This document shows positions 51,010 to 64,000 of a stretch of DNA of 64,000 bases, one piece after another; the stretch's first letter is position 1, and every line of letters starts with the position of its first letter. Source of the DNA: Escherichia phage HP3. The notes under the pieces are model-generated. The model saw only the letters and a program-made list of their open reading frames with translations, did not search any database and had not been told where the DNA came from. The position numbers and the translations under genes are program-made. The stretch lies in the sequence record NC_041919.1; one strand, written 5' to 3'.

Positions 51010-51288
51010 ATGGAACAGTATGATCTTTATGAAAATGAATCTTTTGCTAATCGATTACGCGAAAAAGCACTTAAAAGTAAACAGTTTAAGCTAGAGTGTT
51101 TTATTAAAGATTTTTCGGAACTTGCTAATAAAGCAGCTGAACAAGGTAAAACATATTTTAGTTATTATTGTACTGCTCGCGATAAATTGATTACTGAAGA
51201 AATTGGTGATTGGCTGAGAAAAGAAGGATTTAGCTTTAAAGTCAATAGTGATCAGCGTGATGGTGATTGGTTAGAAATTACATTTTGA
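51010..51288 (+). CDS. hypothetical protein
   Basis: 92 aa. Confidence 0.5.
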   Translation: MEQYDLYENESFANRLREKALKSKQFKLECFIKDFSELANKAAEQGKTYFSYYCTARDKLITEEIGDWLRKEGFSFKVNSDQRDGDWLEITF

Positions 51289-51297
51289 GGATTAATT

Positions 51298-52302
51298 ATG
51301 TTTAAAAAGTATAGCAGTCTTGAAAATCATTACAACTCTAAATTTATTGAAAAACTTTATAGCTTGGGATTGACTGGTGGGGAGTGGGTAGCTCGTGAAA
51401 AGATTCACGGCACAAATTTCTCATTGATTATTGAGCGTGATAAAGTAACTTGCGCTAAACGCACTGGTCCTATTCTTCCTGCTGAAGATTTCTTTGGGTA
51501 TGAAATTATTTTGAAGAATTACTCTGATTCCATTAAAGCAGTACAAGATATTATGGAAACTTCAGCGGTTGTATCTTATCAAGTTTTTGGCGAATTCGCT
51601 GGACCTGGCATTCAGAAGAATGTCGATTATGGCGATAAAGATTTTTATGTATTTGACATTATTGTTACTACAGAAAGTGGTGATGTGACTTATGTCGATG
51701 ATTATATGATGGAATCATTCTGCAATACATTTAAATTTAAAATGGCTCCACTTTTAGGTCGCGGTAAATTTGAAGAACTTATTAAATTGCCAAATGATTT
51801 AGATTCTGTCGTCCAGGATTATAATTTTACGGTAGACCATGCTGGATTAGTTGATGCAAATAAATGCGTTTGGAATGCTGAAGTAAAAGGCGAAGTATTT
51901 ACCGCTGAAGGATATGTATTGAAACCTTGTTATCCTTCTTGGATGCCTAATGGCAATCGCGTAGCTATCAAATGCAAGAACTCTAAATTTAGTGAAAAGA
52001 AAAAGTCTGATAAGCCTATTAAAGCTAAAGTTGAACTGTCAGAAGCTGATAACAAATTGGTTGGAATTTTAGCTTGTTACGTTACACTGAACCGAGTAAA
52101 TAACGTTATTTCTAAAATTGGTGAAATTGGTCCAAAAGATTTTGGAAAGGTGATGGGGCTAACTGTTCAAGATATTTTGGAAGAAACTTCTCGTGAAGGT
52201 ATTACTCTAACTCAAGCGGATAATCCTTCTTTGATTAAGAAGGAATTAGTTAAAATGGTACAAGATGTACTTCGTCCGGCTTGGATTGAATTGGTAAGTT
52301 AA
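51298..52302 (+). CDS. rnlB: RNA ligase 2
   Basis: 334 aa; [44 protein letters not shown]... with ligase motif I KIHGTN; matches T4 Rnl2. Confidence 0.9.
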   Translation: MFKKYSSLENHYNSKFIEKLYSLGLTGGEWVAREKIHGTNFSLIIERDKVTCAKRTGPILPAEDFFGYEIILKNYSDSIKAVQDIMETSAVVSYQVFGEFAGPGIQKNVDYGDKDFYVFDIIVTTESGDVTYVDDYMMESFCNTFKFKMAPLLGRGKFEELIKLPNDLDSVVQDYNFTVDHAGLVDANKCVWNAEVKGEVFTAEGYVLKPCYPSWMPNGNRVAIKCKNSKFSEKKKSDKPIKAKVELSEADNKLVGILACYVTLNRVNNVISKIGEIGPKDFGKVMGLTVQDILEETSREGITLTQADNPSLIKKELVKMVQDVLRPAWIELVS

Positions 52303-52309
52303 ATAAAAA

Positions 52310-52325
52310 GGGACCTTTCGGTCCC
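52310..52325. terminator. bidirectional terminator between convergent rnlB and gene 24
   Basis: GGGACC-tttc-GGTCCC with AAAAA upstream and TTTGTTTTATT downstream. Confidence 0.75.
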
Positions 52326-52331
52326 TTTGTT

Positions 52332-53615
52332 TTATTCATCAATGATAATTTTTGGTAGCTTAACACCTAATAAAACAGACAAATCTGAACGACCCGCCAT
52401 TTTATCCATATCTCCACCATCAATTACTCTTGCTTCTTTTTCATCTTTTGCTACAGTGTAAGGATTTGCAGATAAAGCATATCTAACTAATAAACCGATA
52501 GATGGCTGCAAACTTTCTGGATCAACTACAACTTTAAATGCACCTACATGTTCAGGGTCATCTAAGTCAAGACCTTCTGTATACGGAGCATAGAAAATTG
52601 ATCCAACAATTTCTTTTTCACCAATATTTTCTACTACGCCAACGATTACATAATCTAATGGACTGTTGGTATCGCAATAAAGCGGTAAACCATTAGCTAA
52701 GAACCCGTAGGCATTTTGTGAAAGATATTTGTCATCTTCTGGTTTATGTTTTAACCAACCTGATGCAGCAAGAATCGCAGCGGCACGAGCTGAAGCAACA
52801 CAGAACGTTGCTGTATAAGTTGATTCTTTCTGGATATGTGAAACCATTTCACACACCATTCGGTATAATGAACGACCAGCTTCAGGTGCAGATGCATAAC
52901 TCAAATCAATGAATCCAGTATCAGTAATTCCTGTAACTTTATAGCGTTTTGATACTGTAATCAAAGACTGCAGAATATCTTTATTGATTTCATCCGCCAT
53001 TTCAGTTGCAAGCAAATCTTCCAAGAAATTAGGAGCATCGAATCCGTTTGCTTCTAAATCTTGTGCTAATTCAACTGTGATGCCAGTTTTAAGTTTACGA
53101 GATTTAACTGCGGTTTGCCATTTATTAATCTGGAATCTAGCATCCGCAATTTCGCTATCAGAGTTTTCAAATTTGCTTGTTACTGCAGCATCAGAAAATA
53201 GACGAACCTTTAAAAGAACGATTGCAATCTGAAGAGCTAATTCTAAATCGCTTTCTTCAATATCAGCAAATGGTGTATCTTCTAATACTTTATAAACGAT
53301 ATTATTATATTTGAATAAATCGCCTTTATTGAGAGTTAATTTAGACTCTTCTGTTAATTCTGTGATTTGTTCTCGGTCTACATACCCAGCTTCGCCAGCG
53401 TAAGTAGCACCAGTTTTAAATGTAAATTCGTTATCCGGGTTAAGGTATTTGATACCATAAAAAGCAGCAACAGGTTGATTAGTTCTTTGCGTTGCTACAA
53501 TGTCAGAATATATTAATTTAGTGGTAGCGCGAGTCAAAGCAACGAGATTTGGGCGACCGATTGAGTTGCTATTCGTTGTGGTTGATTCGCGCAGAAGTTC
53601 GTTGATTTTAGCCAT
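52332..53615 (-). CDS. 24: gp24 capsid vertex protein
   Basis: 427 aa, same length as T4 gp24; paralogous to gp23. Confidence 0.9.
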   Translation of the reverse strand: MAKINELLRESTTTNSNSIGRPNLVALTRATTKLIYSDIVATQRTNQPVAAFYGIKYLNPDNEFTFKTGATYAGEAGYVDREQITELTEESKLTLNKGDLFKYNNIVYKVLEDTPFADIEESDLELALQIAIVLLKVRLFSDAAVTSKFENSDSEIADARFQINKWQTAVKSRKLKTGITVELAQDLEANGFDAPNFLEDLLATEMADEINKDILQSLITVSKRYKVTGITDTGFIDLSYASAPEAGRSLYRMVCEMVSHIQKESTYTATFCVASARAAAILAASGWLKHKPEDDKYLSQNAYGFLANGLPLYCDTNSPLDYVIVGVVENIGEKEIVGSIFYAPYTEGLDLDDPEHVGAFKVVVDPESLQPSIGLLVRYALSANPYTVAKDEKEARVIDGGDMDKMAGRSDLSVLLGVKLPKIIIDE

Positions 53616-53642
53616 TGCGCTTTCCTTTCAGTTTATATGATT

Positions 53643-53650
53643 TATTTATA
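53643..53650 (-). promoter_or_regulatory. late promoter for gene 24
   Basis: TATAAATA on the minus strand about 30 nt upstream of the gene 24 ATG. Confidence 0.55.
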
Positions 53651-53654
53651 CCAT

Positions 53655-53683
53655 AAAAACAACTAAAGGGACCCGAAGGTCCC
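53655..53683 (-). terminator. rho-independent terminator after gene 23
   Basis: Minus strand GGGACC-ttcg-GGTCCC followed by TTTAGTTGTTTTTATGG. Confidence 0.7.
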
Positions 53684-53698
53684 TTAAATCGTCAAAGA

Positions 53699-55264
53699 TT
53701 AGATACCTTTAACATATACACGGCGGAAGTAAGCGTTTTTACCAAGGCTATTCAGAATAGAAGGCATACCGCTCTGGATGCGAGAAGCCGGAGCCTGAGC
53801 AGCGGATTCTGCAAATGGGTTGATACCGATACCGTAACGAGTTTTGAATCCCATTACCGGTTGGAAGTTCTTCGGATCAGAACCACGCAGCGGAGTCAGA
53901 GCTACATATGGAGCATAGTAAATACCAGCATCCATTTCGTTCGGACCTTTATAACCTACGGTGAAATAATCCTGTTTAGCATACTGGTCGATATATACAC
54001 GGTATTTACCACCCAGAACACCAGCAAATACTGACTTGGTAGTATCAGTGTTAAAGCCAGTAGCCAGACCTTGTGCAGCATAAGAAATGCCGGTATCAAC
54101 TGAAGCCAGAACGTTAACTACGTTACGGGAAGCGATAATGAAGTTACCTTCGCCGCGACCAGTCTGACGAGCAATTTCAACTGCTTCTTTGTCAATCTGG
54201 AACAACAGAGCTTTAAAGGATTCACCTGCCCAGCGAGCACCACGAATATCGATTGGGTCCTGGAAGTCAAATACACCAGCTTTAGAACCCGGAGTCAGGG
54301 TCATACCAGATTTACCAACCTGAGCGGAGTAGTTAATCCAATCAACAACTTCGCGGTTGATTTCCAGCATAATTTCGGTAGCCAGAATACCAGACAGTTC
54401 AGCATCAGCATCCATACCGTGAACAGCGCGAAGGTCTTGTGCTAATTCAATAGAGTAAGCAGCTTTCAGCTGACGAGATTTAGCTTCGATAACTTGCTTA
54501 TCGATACGGAAGCCCATTTCATTCCATGGGTTATCGGTAGAACCGTTAAAACCTTCCTGAAGTTCAGCGATAGAAGTAGCCATACCTTCAGCGATTTCTA
54601 CCAGTACACCAGCTTCCATTTGTTTCTTAATTTCAGCATCTAATTTGTCTGCGTCAGATGCGCCTGAATCAATTTGTTTAACTTCTGTAGCTTGCAGATA
54701 TACTGTACCAGTTTCCTGGAAGAAGTGAGTGTAAATAGTTCCGACTTCAAGAGTATCACTTGCTTTCAAAGCAGCGAATTTCTTAGCAGCACCCTGACCA
54801 GAGAACATTGCATCTGGACCATACATTGGGTGGAATGCTTCTTTAGCACCGGAAGCGATTGGGTCTTTACCATATACTGCGCGCAGTGCGAATACCTGGC
54901 CAGTCGGGCTGTTCATTGGCTGAACACCACAAATATCGAAAGCAATCAGGTTAGGAATAGCACGACGTACCATACCCATAACAGCTGGGCCAATCTGAGT
55001 TACTGCTCCAGAAGTCTGACCTGCAGCGATGTTGGTAGCATTGTAACCGTGGTCACCACCGATTTCAGCTTCTGTTAAGAAAGAACCGAATGCCTGAGCA
55101 ATTTTTTCGTCTTTATATTCCGGAGCTGTCTGGAAATCTTTTTCCTGGTTTTCAAAGATTTTAGCGATAATCGCTTGTTTGCTATTAGCAATTTCCGGTA
55201 AACCTTCACCTTCCAGTAATGGCTTCCATTTGTTCAAAAGTTCAGCTTTAGTTTTGATAGTCAT
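53699..55264 (-). CDS. 23: gp23 major capsid protein
   Basis: 521 aa; MTIKTKAELLNKWKPLLEGEGLPEIANSKQAIIAKIFENQEKDFQTAPEYKDEKIAQAFGSFLTEAEIGGDHGYNATNIAAGQTSGAVTQIGPAVMGMVRR... matches T4 gp23. Confidence 0.97.
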   Translation of the reverse strand: MTIKTKAELLNKWKPLLEGEGLPEIANSKQAIIAKIFENQEKDFQTAPEYKDEKIAQAFGSFLTEAEIGGDHGYNATNIAAGQTSGAVTQIGPAVMGMVRRAIPNLIAFDICGVQPMNSPTGQVFALRAVYGKDPIASGAKEAFHPMYGPDAMFSGQGAAKKFAALKASDTLEVGTIYTHFFQETGTVYLQATEVKQIDSGASDADKLDAEIKKQMEAGVLVEIAEGMATSIAELQEGFNGSTDNPWNEMGFRIDKQVIEAKSRQLKAAYSIELAQDLRAVHGMDADAELSGILATEIMLEINREVVDWINYSAQVGKSGMTLTPGSKAGVFDFQDPIDIRGARWAGESFKALLFQIDKEAVEIARQTGRGEGNFIIASRNVVNVLASVDTGISYAAQGLATGFNTDTTKSVFAGVLGGKYRVYIDQYAKQDYFTVGYKGPNEMDAGIYYAPYVALTPLRGSDPKNFQPVMGFKTRYGIGINPFAESAAQAPASRIQSGMPSILNSLGKNAYFRRVYVKGI

Positions 55265-55282
55265 TTGTGTTAACCTTTAAAA

Positions 55283-56092
55283 TTAGAAACGAGATGCGAC
55301 TTTCGCATATACACTTACAATATCTTCTGCACCTTGTGCAGATTTATCTTCTACAGCTTCAGTGACGAAATTCAGTCCGGCTGCTTCAGTATCAGGAGTA
55401 TTTATACTCTCAGTAATAGTGCTTTCATCTTTATTAGATTTCTTCACCATTTCTACGATTGCACTCAATTTACTTGAGAATGCATCTGAATAATCCATAC
55501 CTTCGACCAGAGCAGAGACTTTTTCTTTTTGAGACTCAGTCAGATCTTTAGTACTTTCGCTCAATGCCACTTCACGCTGCACATAATTGATATATGCGTC
55601 ACGCTTATTGAGTTCTTCGAACAGACGAGCTGATTCTTCTTTATGTTCTTGCAGTTCTTCTTCCATTTCAGCTACAACATCAACTGATTCTTCTGGAACA
55701 ACAACGTTGTGTTCAACGAAGAGCTCTTTCAATCCACCAAGCATGGATTCAAACAGTTCGGCTTTGATACCTTTATCTACTGCTAATTTATTTTCAGTGA
55801 GCCATTCTTTTGCAAGATGGTCAAGGAATTTAGAAGCTTGCTCAGCGATTTTCTTCTCAGCTTTTTCTTCTGCTTCTTCTTTATTTTTTTCTACTTCTTC
55901 TTCTGCTTTTTCAGCAATTTTAGCGATATGAGATTCAGCTAATTTAACGGCGTGCTGCTTGACGGTAGCTTCGAATACAGTGCCGAAAGTTTCTTTTGCT
56001 TCCGGAGAAATATTAACTGATTCGAAAATACTATCAAGAGCAACGGAAGCATCAATTTTTTGCGCTTCAGCAATCAGTTGTTCTTTAAGCAT
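55283..56092 (-). CDS. 22: gp22 prohead core scaffold protein
   Basis: 269 aa, same length as T4 gp22; Glu/Lys-rich coiled-coil sequence. Confidence 0.9.
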   Translation of the reverse strand: MLKEQLIAEAQKIDASVALDSIFESVNISPEAKETFGTVFEATVKQHAVKLAESHIAKIAEKAEEEVEKNKEEAEEKAEKKIAEQASKFLDHLAKEWLTENKLAVDKGIKAELFESMLGGLKELFVEHNVVVPEESVDVVAEMEEELQEHKEESARLFEELNKRDAYINYVQREVALSESTKDLTESQKEKVSALVEGMDYSDAFSSKLSAIVEMVKKSNKDESTITESINTPDTEAAGLNFVTEAVEDKSAQGAEDIVSVYAKVASRF

Positions 56093-56112
56093 TTTGTAGT
56101 CCTGTTGTTTAG

Positions 56113-56120
56113 ATAATAAT
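56113..56120 (-). promoter_or_regulatory. late promoter for gene 22
   Basis: TATAAATA on the minus strand about 20 nt upstream of the gene 22 ATG. Confidence 0.55.
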
Positions 56121-56122
56121 AT

Positions 56123-56761
56123 TTATAACGCTTTTTTCATGGCCTCTGCGAGAGCCATATAGGCGTCATCGGCACTTGTATCGGCTTCCGCCGTCTGTGA
56201 TTCGGTAATTTCCTTAGGAGTTACCCATGCATCTGGAGCACTTGGACCCCATACTGCATCAACACCTACAGTTAATTTGAATCCTTCGTTTACGATACGA
56301 TAACCTTTATTTGTGTCAGTCAATGAACCTAATCCACGAGAAGAAACTCCTGGAATCCATCCGGCACGAATATTAGCTGCTAATTTATCTCCAGGACCGT
56401 GGTCACCTTCAATAACACGAGCTCGTCCGTATACGTCATTTCCTTTCCACCACATATCTTCTATAATGATAGCGGCTTGCATCGGGTCAACATTAGCGCG
56501 TGGAGGATGATTTAATTCTCCGAGAGCTTGTTTAGTTAAAACTTGCTCATTAATATAGTCTTTTACCGCTTTTTCTAATATACGTTTTGGATAAAGACGT
56601 TTATTTCTATTGACGACTTCCGCTTGCATGAATATTCCTTCGATGTATAAACCCGGTTTTAAACCTAAGTCTTTTCCATCATGAGATTCAAGCATTGGTA
56701 CGCCATCAATAATTTCGCCAGGTTGACCCCAAGTTTCAATTAGTAATTGGGGTTCATTCAT
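56123..56761 (-). CDS. 21: gp21 prohead core protease
   Basis: 212 aa, same length as T4 gp21; [34 protein letters not shown]... Confidence 0.9.
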   Translation of the reverse strand: MNEPQLLIETWGQPGEIIDGVPMLESHDGKDLGLKPGLYIEGIFMQAEVVNRNKRLYPKRILEKAVKDYINEQVLTKQALGELNHPPRANVDPMQAAIIIEDMWWKGNDVYGRARVIEGDHGPGDKLAANIRAGWIPGVSSRGLGSLTDTNKGYRIVNEGFKLTVGVDAVWGPSAPDAWVTPKEITESQTAEADTSADDAYMALAEAMKKAL

Positions 56762-57186
56762 TAGCTTAATCCTAATGCTTTACGGCGTTTAAGAGCTTTT
56801 TTACGCTTACGCTGAGCACGAGATTGACCTGCTGGATTGGCAATCTTCGTTTTGGTAGCTTTACGAGCAATTTGTCTACGTTTTGCTTTAGACAACCCGG
56901 TAGTTTGAAATGCATTACGTTCGCGGGTTTTGCGATCTTTAGTGCGAGTAATTTCACCACGGGCAGAAACATGTTTAACGATAAATTCATTTAACGGCAT
57001 ATTTTCATTAATAGAAGCTAATGCAACCGCTAAATCAGTTTCATCATCAAGCATATTCTCGACAATTGTATTTATATCGTCTTTATTTAAAGCAGAAGAC
57101 AATTCGTCAAAGCGACCCTGTGCTTCAGGAATAAGTGCTTCGACATTCTCGAGAACTAATTCATGAGTTTCAGGGATCAGAAGCAT
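56761..57186 (-). CDS. 68: gp68 prohead core protein
   Basis: 141 aa; position between 67 and 21 as in T4; basic C-terminal tail. Confidence 0.8.
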
Positions 57187-57424
57187 TATTCATCATCCTC
57201 GTCTTCGTCAGAGTCTTTGTCTTTTTTGTCGTCTTTATCATCACTATCTTCGTCTTCGTCATCATCCTCGTCATCAGGTTCTTCACCTTCGATTAAGAAA
57301 TTACGAGCGATAGCGATTTTTTCTTCTTTAATTAAATCAGTCGTTCTTGCAGCCATGGCTTCAGCAAATAATTTACGAGCGGCTACGAGGTCGTTTGATT
57401 TAATAGCTTCAATTAAACCTTCCA

Positions 57425-57425
<1 letters not shown>
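57186..57425 (-). CDS. 67: gp67 prohead core protein
   Basis: 79 aa; [31 protein letters not shown]... with poly-Asp/Glu tail; position after gene 20. Confidence 0.8.
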
Positions 57426-59050
<1,625 letters not shown>

Positions 59051-59082
59051 TTAAGCAGGATGGGGATTTCTCCCCATTCATT

Positions 59083-59574
59083 TTATTCCCAATAATCGAG
59101 AGCAAGAGTTACTTCAAAGGTTTGGATTTCATTGTTTGAATCCCAATCTAATTGAAGTTCACCCACGTTAGTAGGCCACAGACCTTTAATTTCAATTTCT
59201 TTTGTTACTGTTTTAGCATCACGAGCATATTGACGAACAATAGCGCTCTTTTTATACTCTGCAGGTTTTCCACCAGTAATTTCGTTTCCTTGACCAGCAG
59301 CAATGCTTTGCCAATCAACAAACTTCTGGCGAGCATCATGAGCTTCATCGTTCATTACTGTAACAGTCCAGTCATCGAATGTACGATCGCCTGCTACGTT
59401 AATTTTACGGTTCATAAATCCGACTGGAATTTTTTCTACAATACCAGCTGGTAAAGCAGTGGCTTTACATTGGAATGTAAAATTTTGTCCAAGATAAGAA
59501 ATTTCTACTTGGAATAAGTTAGGTCGAGCAAAATCACCAGATTCAAACGCTCGTGTTACATCATCTACAAACAT
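59083..59574 (-). CDS. 19: gp19 tail tube protein
   Basis: 163 aa; MFVDDVTRAFESGDFARPNLFQVEISYLGQNFTFQCKATALPAGIVEKIPVGFMNRKINVAGDRTFDDW... matches T4 gp19. Confidence 0.95.
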   Translation of the reverse strand: MFVDDVTRAFESGDFARPNLFQVEISYLGQNFTFQCKATALPAGIVEKIPVGFMNRKINVAGDRTFDDWTVTVMNDEAHDARQKFVDWQSIAAGQGNEITGGKPAEYKKSAIVRQYARDAKTVTKEIEIKGLWPTNVGELQLDWDSNNEIQTFEVTLALDYWE

Positions 59575-59588
59575 ATTAGCCTCTGTAG

Positions 59589-59596
59589 TATTTATA
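59589..59596 (-). promoter_or_regulatory. late promoter for gene 19 (proximal copy)
   Basis: ATATAAATAC on the minus strand, 15-22 nt upstream of the gene 19 ATG. Confidence 0.55.
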
Positions 59597-59647
59597 TCCC
59601 TATGTTTAACCTAGGGCATATAGAATTAAAGAATTAAGGATATAGTG

Positions 59648-59655
59648 TATTTATA
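59648..59655 (-). promoter_or_regulatory. second late-promoter motif downstream of the HNH ORF
   Basis: ATATAAATAC on the minus strand immediately after hairpin GGCCTG-tttcgg-CAGGCC (59657-59674); shares a 10-mer with the proximal copy. Confidence 0.4.
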
Positions 59656-59681
59656 TGGCCTGCCGAAACAGGCCTTTAGAA

Positions 59682-60332
59682 TCATTCTAGTAAATCCCAA
59701 AGATCTACACTATTTCTTTTTGATTTTTCTCGGTTAGATTCCCAAGTGATTATTTCTAAATTATTAATACCGCCAATTATTTTAGCAGGAATTAAATTAT
59801 CAAAACCGTATTTGATAGATACCTTATGATCAAGTTGGTAAGCGCCTTTTGTACCACACACTCCTATTTTATCAGCATTTGGCCATTTTGACCAAATTTT
59901 CTTATGCTTACGAGTTTCTTTATATACCGATGAAATATATTCACGCATTTCAGATTTATTTGGGTTCCATCTTGGATGATTTACGCCATGCATACATTCT
60001 ACTGTTTTTCCTTTATTCGCGGAACCATATGAATTATTGCGCATTTTATCTTTATGACGGCAATCACGACAAATATCAGTGTTTCTTCCAATGCGTTGGT
60101 TATATTCAATTCCACATTTATCGCAACGGCATTTTACATACGCGGTACTACCTTTAATGTCTTCAACTTTAACATCAATTTCATAATACCTAAATCCATG
60201 TTTAACCGCTCCAAGAGGTGTTAATTTATAACCCTTTGATTGATAATGTTTAAAATTTGATGGTACAATTTTCACTTTAATAAATTTAGAAATAATCACT
60301 TGATTCCTCGAGAATAGGGGCCGAAGCCCCAT
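59682..60332 (-). CDS. HNH family endonuclease, free-standing homing-endonuclease-like, inserted between genes 18 and 19
   Basis: 216 aa; C-terminal YQLDHKVSIKYGFDN...GGINNLEIITWESNREKSKRN fits the HNH motif; N-terminal Cys cluster CRCDKC...CRDC; annotated ATG lies inside the gene 18 terminator hairpin so the true start is uncertain. Confidence 0.7.
   Translation of the reverse strand: MGLRPLFSRNQVIISKFIKVKIVPSNFKHYQSKGYKLTPLGAVKHGFRYYEIDVKVEDIKGSTAYVKCRCDKCGIEYNQRIGRNTDICRDCRHKDKMRNNSYGSANKGKTVECMHGVNHPRWNPNKSEMREYISSVYKETRKHKKIWSKWPNADKIGVCGTKGAYQLDHKVSIKYGFDNLIPAKIIGGINNLEIITWESNREKSKRNSVDLWDLLE
60317..60330 (-). terminator. hairpin after gene 18 (weak terminator or RNA stability element)
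   Basis: GGGGC-cgaa-GCCCC directly after the gene 18 stop; no strong T-run. Confidence 0.35.
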
Positions 60333-60337
60333 ATCAA

Positions 60338-62317
60338 TTAACCTGCAAGACCAGTTAACTCATCGAAATCTGCACCAGTAGCAGTTGCGACGAAATTCAA
60401 AGTAATATAATTTATACTGCGCGCCGGTTGAATGTAGAATGTTGCAACAAACTCATTTCTATCAATTACTGACGGAGTGTTATTTGTTGTATCGCAAACT
60501 ACACGATATTCATAAATTCCACCGAGAGCTTTAATTCCCTGTAAGTACTGGGCAGTTTCTGTGCGGAATGATGAACGAGTAAACGCGTTGTTTAATTCGA
60601 ACAAACGATATTTTGAACTACGTCCGATATTCGTTTTCAACATATTAAACAGACGACGAACGTTAATACGATCAAATGGAGAAGGAACAGAAGTAGCTGT
60701 TTTATCACCATACAATACGTAACCATCACCACCTGTACCAGTTACTGGGTTGATAGCTTCTTGATATAAACGGTCGCGCTGAGCTTGGCGAGTTTCAATA
60801 GCAAGTTTAATAACGTTAAGAATCTGACCACGATTATAACCAGCTGGAGACATCCAAGTCTGAGAAACGTTATCAGTTCTCGCGCATAAACCAGCAATGT
60901 CAGCTGCTAATGGAACCCAACGATTTACATCATTATATTTGTCATACTGATATTTGTAGTTACCATCAATTGCTGCGTAGGTTGAACTAATATTAAAGTT
61001 ATTATCAGTATATGAACCTGCCGCAGTTCTCCAGTTAACTAAATTATCTACTGCACGAGTTACAGGAATTCCAACAACAGTTTCACGCGGTGGTGAGCAC
61101 AATACTAAGCAATCTTGGCGAGCATCTCCAATTGAAACGACGTGTTTTTGGACAGTAGATGCTGTTTCTAAAGATTCACCGGCACAAGAACCCGCAATAA
61201 ACAGTTGAACGTCAACAGATTCACGGTCAGCAAAGAAGTCCCAAGCTTCCATCAAATCTCCTGCTGTAACTTCAGCATTTGATGATAATCCACCAGAAAG
61301 AGTTAAAATTCCAGAGAATCCTTCTGGCCAGTTTTGTGCAGTTGCAAAAATATATTCTGAACCACCTTTTGCGAAAAAGTCATCGATATAGATGTTACTA
61401 TCGTAAATATCTTTTTCACCACGCTTAGTTGAAAGAACAACGCTTTGAACAATAGCATCATTTCGACGAACTATAATAGCGTACTGTGAGTCAGTCTGCG
61501 GCCCATATCCAAATACTGCCTTGGCAGTAGATGCACGAGTACCACCACCTGGATAAATTGGCAGTAATGCAGAAGCGCCTTTCGCATAGTCAGCTTTAGA
61601 TACGATTTCAATTTCAATTTTATCGCCTAATTCGCCTGGATAGAGAGCTACTACTCCTGGAATTCCATATTTTTCAAGATTTGCCTGAAAATCAACTGCT
61701 GTCATAGCAGTTTCAGCGCTCTCGATTTCAGCTAATAAAATACCGGAATCAGTAATAATTTTTCCAAGAGTTATTACTGCAGCTAAACCGGAAGAAGATG
61801 AAGAAATTTCTGCAGTCCAGTTAGAACCTAATGTTGGGTATTCGCCAACTTCTTTAGCTTTAGCAATAATTTTTGCAGTAGGAATATTAATTTTCTTAAT
61901 TTTTCCATCAGCATCTACTTCGGTAATTTTACCTTCTGTTTCAACATCTTCTGAAACATATTTGACCGTGATTTTATCTCCAACCGCGTAGTTACTACCT
62001 GGGGTAGAAATTGTGTATTCAATATTACCAGCAATCGGAGATGAGTTTTTAGCGGTATCTCTATCGACAGCGCGCACAACTCGCAAATCATTTCCATATT
62101 GTAAGAAATTCATTGCAGACATAAAATAGTCAGCAGTTTCAGCTGTAGGTTGACCAAAAGTATTAACTAAATCTACTTCGTTTGTAACCTGTTTAATCTG
62201 AAAAGCAGGACCCCACTGGAATTTACCGGCCAAAGCTGCTGTACCAGTAGAGTTATTAACCACGGTGCTTTGAACCGTAGTTTCTTTGAGCTCAATGCCC
62301 GGAGATAATAAAGTCAT
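60338..62317 (-). CDS. 18: gp18 tail sheath protein
   Basis: 659 aa, same length as T4 gp18; MTLLSPGIELKETTVQSTVVNNSTGTAALAGKFQWGPAFQIKQVTNEVDLVNTFGQP... Confidence 0.95.
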   Translation of the reverse strand: MTLLSPGIELKETTVQSTVVNNSTGTAALAGKFQWGPAFQIKQVTNEVDLVNTFGQPTAETADYFMSAMNFLQYGNDLRVVRAVDRDTAKNSSPIAGNIEYTISTPGSNYAVGDKITVKYVSEDVETEGKITEVDADGKIKKINIPTAKIIAKAKEVGEYPTLGSNWTAEISSSSSGLAAVITLGKIITDSGILLAEIESAETAMTAVDFQANLEKYGIPGVVALYPGELGDKIEIEIVSKADYAKGASALLPIYPGGGTRASTAKAVFGYGPQTDSQYAIIVRRNDAIVQSVVLSTKRGEKDIYDSNIYIDDFFAKGGSEYIFATAQNWPEGFSGILTLSGGLSSNAEVTAGDLMEAWDFFADRESVDVQLFIAGSCAGESLETASTVQKHVVSIGDARQDCLVLCSPPRETVVGIPVTRAVDNLVNWRTAAGSYTDNNFNISSTYAAIDGNYKYQYDKYNDVNRWVPLAADIAGLCARTDNVSQTWMSPAGYNRGQILNVIKLAIETRQAQRDRLYQEAINPVTGTGGDGYVLYGDKTATSVPSPFDRINVRRLFNMLKTNIGRSSKYRLFELNNAFTRSSFRTETAQYLQGIKALGGIYEYRVVCDTTNNTPSVIDRNEFVATFYIQPARSINYITLNFVATATGADFDELTGLAG

Positions 62318-62345
62318 TTTTAATCCTCTTTAATATGCTTTAATA

Positions 62346-64000
<1,655 letters not shown>

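Noticed and set aside
55399-55406. TATAAATA on the minus strand inside gene 22 as the gene 23 late promoter
   Set aside because: It lies about 135 nt upstream of the gene 23 start; plausible but TATAAATA occurs by chance in AT-rich DNA, so not listed as a feature.
54674-55931. Plus-strand ORFs of 114-134 aa inside genes 23 and 22
   Set aside because: Antisense to highly conserved capsid and scaffold genes; the Ser-rich translation mirrors Glu/Lys codons of gp22.

Overview
This window is a contiguous, densely coding segment of a T4-like (T-even) myovirus genome, in reverse orientation relative to the conventional T4 map. Left to right: long tail fibre genes 38 (partial), 37, 36, 35, 34 on the minus strand; a plus-strand early/middle block rnh, dsbA, 33, 59, a GIY-YIG ORF, 32, frd, td (split by an ORF-less group I intron), nrdA, nrdB, denA, rnlA (63), alc, a spanin pair, pseT, small ORFs, cd, 31, rIII, small ORFs, 30 (DNA ligase), alt and a second alt paralog; minus-strand baseplate genes 54, 48, 29, 28, 27, 51; plus-strand 26, 25, uvsY; minus-strand uvsW; plus-strand inh, hoc, rnlB; then the minus-strand head/tail block 24, 23, 22, 21, 68, 67, 20, 19, an HNH endonuclease ORF, 18 and the 3' part of 17. 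Calls rest on reading the supplied ORF-track proteins against remembered T4 proteins, T4 gene order, and motif-level reading of promoters and terminators; no database search or alignment was run, so identities are by eye. CDS coordinates include the stop codon. The ORF track uses TTG/GTG starts in places; where an ATG with a Shine-Dalgarno lies just downstream I moved the start and say so. Main departures from canonical T4: a T2-type distal fibre module, tandem alt ADP-ribosyltransferase paralogs, a NADAR/YbiA-like ORF, an HNH gene inserted between 18 and 19, an insertion with an unknown ORF between frd and td, an ORF-less td intron, an intron-less nrdB, a duplicated Ig-like domain in hoc, and repeated early-promoter/stem-loop cassettes.
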